This document shows positions 42,194 through 50,543 of a DNA stretch of 64,000 nt, piece after piece. Below the pieces are notes generated by a model. It ran no database searches. It was not told where the DNA came from and was given only the letters and a program-made list of their open reading frames with translations. The stretch lies in assembly GCA_047285535.1 (NCBI GenBank), contig JBJBDC010000001.1:2400136-2464135 (forward strand), given 5' to 3'. The position numbers were made by a program, and so were the translations under genes. This DNA is from Synechococcus sp. (GTDB lineage: Bacteria > Cyanobacteriota > Cyanobacteriia > PCC-6307 > Cyanobiaceae). The first letter of the stretch is position 1. The number at the start of each line of letters is the position of its first letter.

Positions 42194-43567
42194 GTGATTG
42201 AGCTAGAGACTATAGGAAATGCAACTCTCATCTTATCTGAAGACGATTGTCCGATTTTGTCGAGTGATGTTTGGCTTGATGATTATCCAGCATATTTTGG
42301 ATCTTGGGCTCTCTCTCATGAGGTTCCTCTCAAGCAGCGTCATAAGATATCAAAATGCAAATATATTTTTATCTCTCATTTTCATCCGGATCACCTTAAT
42401 CTTGCTTCTCTTAGGGGCTTCAAAAACGCTACGATTCTTCTTGCGCAGCATTATGGATCAAGACTTGAGAGGGATTTGCGGAACGCTGGATTTACAGTTA
42501 TTAATTTGCCCTCTAGGAAGTGGATTCAGATCGCCAAGTCATTGAGAATAATGCTTTTCAATAATGAATTGCAAGATTCGGCTCTTATTGTTGAAGTCGA
42601 TGTTGATCATGAGAAAAGTCTCATTCTGAATATGAATGACTCGGCTGGCATAGGGTTCTCCAGTGAGGTCTCCAGTTTGTCGGCAAAGTATAAAAATTCT
42701 TTTTGGCTTTCTATTCATGGATATGGAGACGCCAACATGATCAATCTTTTTGATGTAAGTGGACGGCGTATTGAGCCTTTAGCGGCTAAGAAAAAGCCTG
42801 TTGGAGTGGATATATTTAAAAGCATGAAGAGATACAGTTGTAATTATGCAATTCCCTTTAGTTCATTTCACCAATATCAGAGATCTGATTCTTTTTGGGC
42901 TAATAAATACACCACTCCTCTAACAGCGTATTCGGATGGCTTTCCTGTGTTCGATGGGTATACTTTGCTTCCTGCTTTTCAGAGAATACAGTTCGATGCT
43001 TCGGGGATTCACATCCAGTCTATTGCCCCGCCTAAGAAAAATATTGTCGCACCTCTCAGCGAGGCTCTGTTTGGTGATGATTGGTCTGTTTCGCTTTCGG
43101 TAAAAGATTTAGCTTGTTGCACGGATTATTTCCAGTCAATTTTTCATATTGTTGAAAAATTTGCAAGGATTGAATTGGTTGTCGGTGGAGTTCTTAGTAA
43201 TGCACTTCCATGTGGAAAAGGCCGCGCTGTTTTGCGTTTTGAAGTGCCTCGGAAATCGTTAATGAGAGCTGTTAGGAGGGAGGTTTTTGATGATCTTCTG
43301 ATTGGTAACTTTATGAAAACTACTCTTGTGCGCGCCCGCTCTCTTTATAGTCCTGATTTTACACGTGTAGTTGCAAAGTATGCAGATAATGGCCGTGTTA
43401 AGACTCCAGAAGAGTTAAAGAGCTACTTTGCCTATTACAATGAAGGTAGGATTTATTCCGATCAATTGCAGGAGAAAATTACTAAAATAAAAGCGGGCAT
43501 TTCTGGTTTAATTCCTGGTAAGGGAAAACGCTTTTTGAAAGATCTGATTCATTGGGATAAAATTTGA
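42194..43567 (+). CDS. Metallo-beta-lactamase-fold protein (CMAH/UlaG-like)
   Basis: D.WL...AYFGSW.L.HE.P followed by FISHFHPDH (HxHxDH); IPFSSFH. Confidence 0.78.
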   Translation: MIELETIGNATLILSEDDCPILSSDVWLDDYPAYFGSWALSHEVPLKQRHKISKCKYIFISHFHPDHLNLASLRGFKNATILLAQHYGSRLERDLRNAGFTVINLPSRKWIQIAKSLRIMLFNNELQDSALIVEVDVDHEKSLILNMNDSAGIGFSSEVSSLSAKYKNSFWLSIHGYGDANMINLFDVSGRRIEPLAAKKKPVGVDIFKSMKRYSCNYAIPFSSFHQYQRSDSFWANKYTTPLTAYSDGFPVFDGYTLLPAFQRIQFDASGIHIQSIAPPKKNIVAPLSEALFGDDWSVSLSVKDLACCTDYFQSIFHIVEKFARIELVVGGVLSNALPCGKGRAVLRFEVPRKSLMRAVRREVFDDLLIGNFMKTTLVRARSLYSPDFTRVVAKYADNGRVKTPEELKSYFAYYNEGRIYSDQLQEKITKIKAGISGLIPGKGKRFLKDLIHWDKI

Positions 43568-43854
43568 TTGTCTTTTATCTCAAGTCCCGTTTGCCTTATT
43601 GGATTGTAGGGTCTTTGTAATGTATGGATTTAATGGCAGCGTTTGTTGTATTGGGCTTGTGATATTTGCTTTCCTTCGATATAAACTTTTCTCTAAAGGG
43701 CTCGCGAGAAGTGCATGGCCTGGATTTGTTCTCTGTTACCAAGAAGAGAGATTATCAACTGTTTACGATCTCGAGTCGAGCATAAAGAAGCAACGGGAAA
43801 GATCGCCCCCCTTCGTTGATAGTCCATACTCCCAGCAGGGGTTTCCCAATCCAG

Positions 43855-44632
43855 GCACCCAAGCTCTGCACTGTGATCAGTGCGGCGCCACGCTTCCGCC
43901 CGTCTCGGCTTGAGGTTTGAGGAGGGCAACTTTGGCGGCTGTCTGCTCAGCCTGGCGGCGTGATCCACCCCAGGCTTCTGCTGCTTGGCTGTTTTGGATG
44001 AACACCTGGCAATAAAAACGACGGGGGTCTCCGTGGCGATGGCTGATTTCCTGGCATTCGTAGGTTGGTAGACCGAGTCCCTGGGCCTGTGTCCATTCCT
44101 GCAGAGCGGATTTGCTATTTCCGCGAGTGGGATCAGCGAGTATTTCATGGCTGGTCTGGCGCCAATAGGGCGTTAGCCAAGCCTGCACGGGCTGGACGTT
44201 GCCGCTGATTCGATAGATCGCGCCCATCAGGGCTTCGCAGTGCTCCGCGCGCAGGGTGGCGCGAGCCGCGCGATCACCTTTGGCTTTGGCGCCAAGGTTC
44301 AGCAGTGATTCAATCCCAATGGATGTGCCCAGGTTGGCCAGCCAGCGGTCACTCACCAGTTGGGCCCGTAGGGAGGAGCGTTCTCCCACGGGGAGTTGGG
44401 CATGCTCTGCTTCGATGAAATCCGATGCTGCCAGCCTCAGCACCGCATCTCCCAGAAATTCCAGTTGTTCGTGATGGCGGGCGAGTCCAGTGGAGGTGTG
44501 GGTGAGGGCTTCGTCTAATAGGGCGAGCTGCTCGTTGCTGAGCTCGCTGTTGTTGCTAAGACTTGGCTCTGGAACCAGTTGGTTCCAGAGAGCTTGGAGC
44601 TGCTGCTTGCGCTTGGGAGGGATCACAGCAAC
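43855..44632. repeat. 778-bp direct repeat, copy 2 (contains rnc)
   Basis: Identical by eye to 41132-41909; the encoded proteins are identical. Confidence 0.97.
43877..44626 (-). CDS. rnc: Ribonuclease III, copy 2
   Basis: Translation identical to copy 1. Confidence 0.93.
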   Translation of the reverse strand: MIPPKRKQQLQALWNQLVPEPSLSNNSELSNEQLALLDEALTHTSTGLARHHEQLEFLGDAVLRLAASDFIEAEHAQLPVGERSSLRAQLVSDRWLANLGTSIGIESLLNLGAKAKGDRAARATLRAEHCEALMGAIYRISGNVQPVQAWLTPYWRQTSHEILADPTRGNSKSALQEWTQAQGLGLPTYECQEISHRHGDPRRFYCQVFIQNSQAAEAWGGSRRQAEQTAAKVALLKPQAETGGSVAPH

Positions 44633-44906
44633 CGTGATGGCATTCCCAACCCATGGTTCAGTTGGCTTTTCGCTTCTTGGCTGCTGCTAGGAGCGCTGAA
44701 GGAGGGATCGCATCAACTATTCGTATAAATTAGAAATTAGATCTTGAAAATATCGGATAAACTTAACAGCACCTCTCACGATCCTGGTTGAGTGAGATTA
44801 CGAGTAGCCTATAGTTTCGATGCGTTTGGCTCGCAGTTACTGATAATTTCGCGAGACAAGGGATGATTGAGTTGATTGAATTCGCTAAAGTTTAATCGCG
44901 AATGGA

Positions 44907-45542
44907 TTAACTCTGACACTCCCAAATTCCGTTGGAATACTTGACTCCTGATCCTTGTTGCGCGCAGCCGGCTTTGATAAAGGCAGGATCAAGTTGCGTA
45001 TTTTGATCAACTTTTTTGTTGTCACTGCAATACCAGCCGGCACCTCGGGTGCCGCTATTTGAAAATCCTGGATTGCTTGAACATCCTGTGTGGATGTAGG
45101 CTTTTTCTAGGCAGGTCCAGCCTTCACCGTTAGAAAGATAGTCAACATAATAGTAATCACTGGTGCAACCTTTTTGGATGTTGCAATTGTCCAGCCTGGT
45201 GTTGTTGGTGATTAGCTTTCCATCTTTGCAATACCATCCGGCGCCCATGCTGTTGTTTTCGTCGCTGCTGTAGCCAACTCCAGCCTGGCAATTGGTATGA
45301 ATGAAGCAACGGTCATAATTGCCAGTTGAATTAATCTGGGGCCCTTGATTTTGGGGCCCTGCATTTTCAAAGAGGCCGTGATTTTCACCGTGAATATCTA
45401 GCTCTGGCGGCTTTCCGCCTCCAAGTTTTAAATCGATCCCAACTTCAGCAAAGGCCTTCGGTGGGCTAAAAATTCCCAAAAGTCCTATCGAAAGACAGGC
45501 TATTAATCCTGTACGACTTGTAATTTGAAATAAAGAACTCAT
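44907..45542 (-). CDS. Secreted Cys-rich hypothetical protein with a two-fold internal repeat
   Basis: Signal peptide ending PKAFA-E; IHTxC...GAGWYC.D.K....T.LD...I..GC occurs twice. Confidence 0.75.
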   Translation of the reverse strand: MSSLFQITSRTGLIACLSIGLLGIFSPPKAFAEVGIDLKLGGGKPPELDIHGENHGLFENAGPQNQGPQINSTGNYDRCFIHTNCQAGVGYSSDENNSMGAGWYCKDGKLITNNTRLDNCNIQKGCTSDYYYVDYLSNGEGWTCLEKAYIHTGCSSNPGFSNSGTRGAGWYCSDNKKVDQNTQLDPAFIKAGCAQQGSGVKYSNGIWECQS

Positions 45543-45706
45543 TTTTAATGATTGTCCAATGAGTTAGTAGCTAGCGCAGTGTTCTGGTGTGAGAGCCTTC
45601 CTGAAAAATTTAAGGCTTGTTGCGCTGTTGGACGTGTTTTGCCCCTGAGCTTGAACATGATGAGTTAAGGCTTGGCGTTTAAAAAAGATTTAGGGCTGAT
45701 TGGGGT

Positions 45707-46094
45707 GAAAGCAGGACATAAGCCGGGTTCTGTTCTCCCTTGCAAAGAAGGGGGGTGATCATCTATCTGGGATCGCCGTTACCGACGACCTCGAGCGGCG
45801 CACTAAGGCGGAACGGGGCAGATGGCCAACCGTCGTTCCTCGGCCTTGCTCCCAGCCGGGGTTTACCGAGCCAGCACCTCTCGATGCTGCTGGTGCGCTC
45901 TTACCACACCTTTGCACCCTTGCCTGTGCCAGCGAGCCGGCCATCGGCGGTGTGTTTCTGTGGCACTCTCCTCACGGTCACCCGCACTGGGCGTTACCCA
46001 GCAAGCCTGGCCATCGGGGAGCCCGGACTTTCCTCAACGAATAACAGCCGCCCTAGAGCGACAGTCATCAATTGCGATCACCTCGCCTGCTTTC
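45707..46094 (-). ncRNA. rnpB: RNase P RNA (type A)
   Basis: Minus strand has GAGGAAAGTCCGGGC, CGGTGTGGTAAGAGCGCACC-like region, GGTAAACCCC and AACAGAACCCGGCTTA; P1 helix gaaagcagg/cctgctttc. Confidence 0.97.
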
Positions 46095-46100
46095 AAACCC

Positions 46101-46107
46101 CATAATG
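46101..46107. promoter_or_regulatory. Candidate overlapping -10 elements of the divergent rnpB and tRNA-Arg genes
   Basis: CATAAT on + strand at 46101-46106 and CATTAT on - strand, in the about 22-nt gap between the genes. Confidence 0.45.
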
Positions 46108-46116
46108 ACTGTTAGT

Positions 46117-46190
<74 letters not shown>

Positions 46191-46210
46191 TTAAGTCACT
46201 CCAAGGGATC

Positions 46211-46486
46211 TCAAGAAATGGGCACAGCGTGCCCACTGCCAAATTCATCGTTTGTGCCCACTCCGTGTCCACTTGGAATTTCAGTGGCTCCCAGAGCAGG
46301 CTCAGATTCGGTGATCGCGCCCAGCATTCCGATCACTCGCATCGTCTCCTGCATGTGGTGCCCAAGCATCCGATAGGCCGCGGCGACGGCTTCAGGATCT
46401 CGGGTCTCGATGCATCCGATCCAATCGGTTTCCAGTTGATCCAGTTCAAACACAACTCTTAAACAGAACCGTTCAACAGCGAGCAT
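46211..46486 (-). CDS. Small hypothetical protein, possibly a fragment
   Basis: Amphipathic, protein-like core VFELDQLETDWIGCIETRDPEAVAAAYRMLGHHMQETMRVIGMLGAITE; start and end uncertain. Confidence 0.4.
   Translation of the reverse strand: MLAVERFCLRVVFELDQLETDWIGCIETRDPEAVAAAYRMLGHHMQETMRVIGMLGAITESEPALGATEIPSGHGVGTNDEFGSGHAVPIS
46219..46273. repeat. Short repeats resembling integrase arm-type sites
   Basis: tgggcac (46219, inverted), gtgcccact (46229), gtgcccact (46254), gtgtccact (46265). Confidence 0.55.
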
Positions 46487-46543
46487 CTAGAGGACTGCAG
46501 TCAATCCTCAGTTTGGGCACTTTGGAAGCAAGCGAAAAAGACC

Positions 46544-46728
46544 GCATTGCATGATGCCGCCTGGCCTGGGACTCAAGGCCAGGGTGAGGGGTCCGCTCAC
46601 CGTGACCTGTCTGGCTTTGTCCCGTCGAGCGGCCGCTCCACGGCTGTAACACTTCGCGATGCCAGCCATTCTCAGGGCTGCTTAAGCGGACGAATCTGGA
46701 GGATCCCATCGTGAGCCGCTCACGATGG
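46544..46728. other. Cluster of GC-rich palindromes/hairpins
   Basis: cctggcct..aggccagg, ggtgag..ctcacc, gagcggccgctc, cagcc..ggctg, ccatcgtgagc-c-gctcacgatgg. Confidence 0.7.
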
Positions 46729-47277
46729 ACCATTCCCGGCCAGCACCGTTCGCAGGAGGCTTGCCTAGTCGACAGAAGCGATATTTCGTAAACCTGAATC
46801 ACACAGTTGAGGACGTAGTTTCTCTGTTGTTACTCCAATAGTGACGCCGCTTGTCATTAATCCAAGGGCCTTGTCCTCCTGATTGATACGCCTCAGAGCT
46901 TGCTCAACAATTCAGATGCATGAGTGAGCATTGATCATCTATCCACAAATATCAGTCCACTCGCAGAAACCAAGCCGACAACGCTTCTCAGCTTCAAGAC
47001 TGGCAATAGTTTGATCGTCTAAGCGAGGCAGCAAGTGCCCCTTACGTGAATGACGAATCGTGGACGGGGCAGGCAATTTCCTGTGAAGGAGGATTGAGAA
47101 CTCCAGGAGTGAAACACAAGGTTTCTGATGGCGAACGTGGATTATGAATGCATCACGGGAGGCAAGGGTAATGAAGAGATACGCATACTTCAGCTGTCAA
47201 CCTAGAGCAAATAAAAATAAACATTATGCGAAGTTGCTCTAGTCGAGTAGCATTAAAAGAATAATGTAAACCTAACA

Positions 47278-47784
47278 ATGGAGCCATCGAAAGATATACT
47301 TGCAAGAGCCCAGCAAAGGTCTAACGACAGGAAAATTGTTAGCAACTCACAAAATAATTATCAGAATCATTTAGTGACTCATAATTCAATTCAATCTGAT
47401 CGGCAACTTGCGATAGCCTGGGCTAAATCTACTGGGCTAGTACATATTCCTAATAAGCCGCATGAGTTCAGCCCTATGTTGTGCTTAGTTTTAGCATTCT
47501 TTTTAGTATTTATAGGCGGAGTTATCTATTGGTTGTGGTGTAAAAATCAAAAAGATTCCTACAATGAATCCATAAGTGAAGCTGTCGCAGCATGGAGAGC
47601 GAATGGATCACCAAATCCATATCAGCATATGACCGGTACATCACAGATTCCCGTCACCCAAGAGTTAAATACAACTAGCCAAAGCCTTACGGACAAGTTA
47701 AACGAACTGGCACAGCTTCGAAAATCAGGAGTTCTAACTGAAGAAGAGTTTCAGTCCGCAAAGAAAAAAGAACTCAATTTATGA
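47278..47784 (+). CDS. Membrane protein with C-terminal SHOCT domain
   Basis: TM segment LCLVLAFFLVFIGGVIYWLW; C-terminal KLNELAQLRKSGVLTEEEFQSAKKKEL. Confidence 0.85.
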   Translation: MEPSKDILARAQQRSNDRKIVSNSQNNYQNHLVTHNSIQSDRQLAIAWAKSTGLVHIPNKPHEFSPMLCLVLAFFLVFIGGVIYWLWCKNQKDSYNESISEAVAAWRANGSPNPYQHMTGTSQIPVTQELNTTSQSLTDKLNELAQLRKSGVLTEEEFQSAKKKELNL

Positions 47785-48021
47785 AGTCTACTGCTATGAA
47801 TTAAGTTGTTGTCAGGTTCATCCAGTGAGTCTGTTTCAAACAAATGAATTCATGACTTCTTGGGGAAGCCTAAGATCTTCTGACTCCAAACCTCTTTATT
47901 TTTCCACTTAAAAACAAAGAGATCAGTTCCTTACAGCGTGGATGGACCTTTAGCCTGCGCCTGCCATTGCCATCAGACAAACCACTGTTCGTATGAGGCT
48001 TGCCTGCTACTGAATCACAAA

Positions 48022-48220
48022 GGGGAATGCTTTAAGCAGTTGCCTCTGATCAATGCACCTTGAAACCCAAATGACGTTAGCTCTTCTGCAGGAGCTACTG
48101 ATGGCACTGAGGGCTAATGACGTTGATGGCTATAAAGCATTGTTAGCACTTGGGGTTGAAGAACTTGGAAGGGATGTAGCTGGTGAGGTTGAGTCGGAAT
48201 GGATGGTGCCACTTTTAGTG
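48022..48220 (+). repeat. Scaffold element A, copy 1 (3'-truncated small gene MHLETQ..., ORF 48053-48274)
   Basis: Homologous to 53731-53929 (offset 5709); 48044-48132 is identical, the rest diverged. Confidence 0.9.
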
Positions 48221-48534
48221 CTGAGGCAGAACAGAAGTTTCTCTTCAGAACTAAACAACCCTTCCAGCCCATGAGCTGGTCAACCGAACTAATTTTAACG
48301 GTGTTTGCACCAGGGGAAAGCTTGGGACCATTCACTTGTTGCATAACAATGTTTCTATGTAACAACGAACAACAACCTTCAACAACAACAACCTCACCCC
48401 ACTCCTGAATCAAAGGCTCGATCTCTGGGATCAACAGGATGCCGCTCAAAGGGATGGCGTATTTCACAAGGCTCTCTTGCTTGGTGCAGGCATAGGATCA
48501 AGGAAGTATCACGACGGAAGGGATCCGCCAAATA

Positions 48535-48550
48535 CCCCCCATATGGGGGA
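48535..48550. promoter_or_regulatory. Candidate 7-2-7 inverted-repeat operator
   Basis: CCCCCCA-ta-TGGGGGA with a perfect 14-bp palindromic core, about 140 bp upstream of the four-gene operon. Confidence 0.45.
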
Positions 48551-48690
48551 TACAGGCATAACCAAGAACAGGCAGGATGCAGAAAGGCGCGAAGGAGGCT
48601 CATCTGTAACAAACCTAACAAAATCGCTCAGGCATGACCATGCTTTAAATAGCGAACAAGCTCACAAAAAACTCTTCCAGAAGAAAAACA

Positions 48691-50043
48691 ATGAGCGATT
48701 CAGAGCAAAACAATGAAGATAGAGTCAAGGTATTTCCTGTTCAACTAACAAGCTGGATTGAAGGCCAGCCTGACCTGGCATACCTTGTAGAAGCAGCGAA
48801 CAGCACTCCTGCCCTTTACAAGACAGGCAGCGAAAATCTAAAAGTCGCCCCACAAAGAGAAGATATCGTCAATAAAAAATACAGCAGCACTACCGCAAAG
48901 GTCAGGGAATTTGTCTGGCCTTCTGCCAGAAGCATGCGTGGAGATTGCTTCGGGACAAAAACATTTGACGAAACATGTGCAAGGGCAGCCAACACAATGG
49001 CTGGGAGCACACTATGGGATGCTGTAAGCACAGTTCCATTTGTACAATTTGCCTTAATTAACTACCTAAAATTTGCCTCTCTGCCAGTTGCTTTTATCAT
49101 CTCTATAGGACTAATGGTTCTATCAAATGTAGCTGGAAGAACAGGGGCCAATAGAGCCAAAGGAAGAGGCGCAATAGCTAACTATGGACTGGCCTTTTTC
49201 ATCCTACTTTCGCTTGTAAAAACGCTCCTATCCGGGGTTGGCTTCGATATCCTCGTCAACAAGGACGGAATCACAAAAGAATATGCACAGCAAGTACTTA
49301 GCGAGCAAATAGAGAAAAAGCAGTCAACCGTCGAAGAACTTCAAGCTCTAAAAAACCCGAAACTGATTAATCTGCAATCCGCATGTCAGCCACTACGCGA
49401 TAAACTAGGCAATATCAACAAAGATTTGCAACCTGAGGAACACAACACAACATGGGTCATGGCATTTGGCACATGGAAGCAGAAACAGACAATGGTGGGA
49501 CTAGGAAACGATGCACTTATTAAAAAGTTCGGAGGAGTAAGTGGAATTCCAGGAGTCTGCAACCAGGCAAGCGCACAGCTAGCTCTAGATCTCAAAGATG
49601 CAGAACAAATGCGAGAGGAGATCAGTTTGGCTCAAAACAAACTTGGCAACGAAACAGCATTAGACATTCTTCAGAGCGATTTTCCTAAAGTTTTCAGCAA
49701 TGAATTCAAGATCACCGAAGATGGGGTTGTCGAAATAAGGTCAGGTCAAGAAGTTGTAGGACAAGCATTTACACAGTTCTTTAACAAGATACAAGATCCA
49801 GAAAGGATATTTGAACTTGGAATATCACTCTTTTGGATGGGTGTCAGCATCATCCTTAGCGTGATGGCAACAATACTCTTGTGGGCTCTTTCTAATACAA
49901 AAGAAATGAAAATGTCTTACAACACAAAGCTGCTGAGGTACAGAATGGACCTTCTACAGTCCTATCAAGACAACCTGCCATTGGCACTGAAGCTAAGGCG
50001 AGAACGTAGAGCTCAAGAACAACAAAATGGAGGACAATCATGA
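48691..50043 (+). CDS. Uncharacterised multi-pass membrane protein with coiled-coil loop (gene 1 of Zorya-like operon)
   Basis: Two or three N-proximal TMs, about 190-aa helical region with two Cys, C-terminal TM; ATGA overlap with the next gene. Confidence 0.85.
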   Translation: MSDSEQNNEDRVKVFPVQLTSWIEGQPDLAYLVEAANSTPALYKTGSENLKVAPQREDIVNKKYSSTTAKVREFVWPSARSMRGDCFGTKTFDETCARAANTMAGSTLWDAVSTVPFVQFALINYLKFASLPVAFIISIGLMVLSNVAGRTGANRAKGRGAIANYGLAFFILLSLVKTLLSGVGFDILVNKDGITKEYAQQVLSEQIEKKQSTVEELQALKNPKLINLQSACQPLRDKLGNINKDLQPEEHNTTWVMAFGTWKQKQTMVGLGNDALIKKFGGVSGIPGVCNQASAQLALDLKDAEQMREEISLAQNKLGNETALDILQSDFPKVFSNEFKITEDGVVEIRSGQEVVGQAFTQFFNKIQDPERIFELGISLFWMGVSIILSVMATILLWALSNTKEMKMSYNTKLLRYRMDLLQSYQDNLPLALKLRRERRAQEQQNGGQS

Positions 50044-50540
50044 CTGGTTCAACCGCATGGATCCCACTAAGTAAAAGGTCGACTGACATTCAAAATAAAG
50101 TCCAAAAAATTTACGAGCTTTATGCAGATCAAAAGGTATTCCAAGAAGCACTCGATGCTTACGAATCTGAAGATTGGGGACTCATCCCGGATGGTCTTTT
50201 TTATAAAGGGTTAATAGAATGTCAACGCCAAAAGCGGCTTATATCTGCCAGTGAAATCAAAAGGCTGCAAACATCTCTAGCCAACGAGAGAACAGGTGCC
50301 GAGGAAACTTATGAAGACGAGGGGATAGAAGTCTTCACAGCACCCTCTGATGAATTAGGCCAACCGCTCAAGTGGTTTAGGGCCAATCCACCTAATAGCA
50401 ACATCAAGAATCAGGCAGAGGATGAATTCAGAATCAGATTGTTAGACCTGTACATCGCTCACGTCAGCAAGACGGGAGAGACTTACTTTCCCCCCCTAGA
50501 GGAAAAGTTACGCACAAGAGCAGACTTCTTTGAGGAGTGA
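50040..50540 (+). CDS. Uncharacterised acidic soluble protein (gene 2 of Zorya-like operon)
   Basis: 166 aa; ATGA overlap upstream and 3-bp gap downstream. Confidence 0.8.
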   Translation: MTGSTAWIPLSKRSTDIQNKVQKIYELYADQKVFQEALDAYESEDWGLIPDGLFYKGLIECQRQKRLISASEIKRLQTSLANERTGAEETYEDEGIEVFTAPSDELGQPLKWFRANPPNSNIKNQAEDEFRIRLLDLYIAHVSKTGETYFPPLEEKLRTRADFFEE

Positions 50541-50543
50541 TAT

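Noticed and set aside
43599..43913. 104-aa ORF ending TQALHCDQCGATLPPVSA
   Set aside because: Chance fusion of insert DNA to the duplicated 3' end of the K+ channel gene; TTG start and no family features
45740..46115. ORFs 45740-46105, 45759-45944 and 45822-46115
   Set aside because: They overlap the RNase P RNA gene and are spurious
46544..46728. Retron msr-msd or a known riboswitch
   Set aside because: No reverse transcriptase nearby and no riboswitch consensus recognised; kept only as an unexplained structured element
48114..48716. Overlapping short ORFs upstream of the Zorya-like operon as extra system genes
   Set aside because: They conflict with one another, lack motifs and are not coupled to the operon; cannot be fully excluded without a homology search
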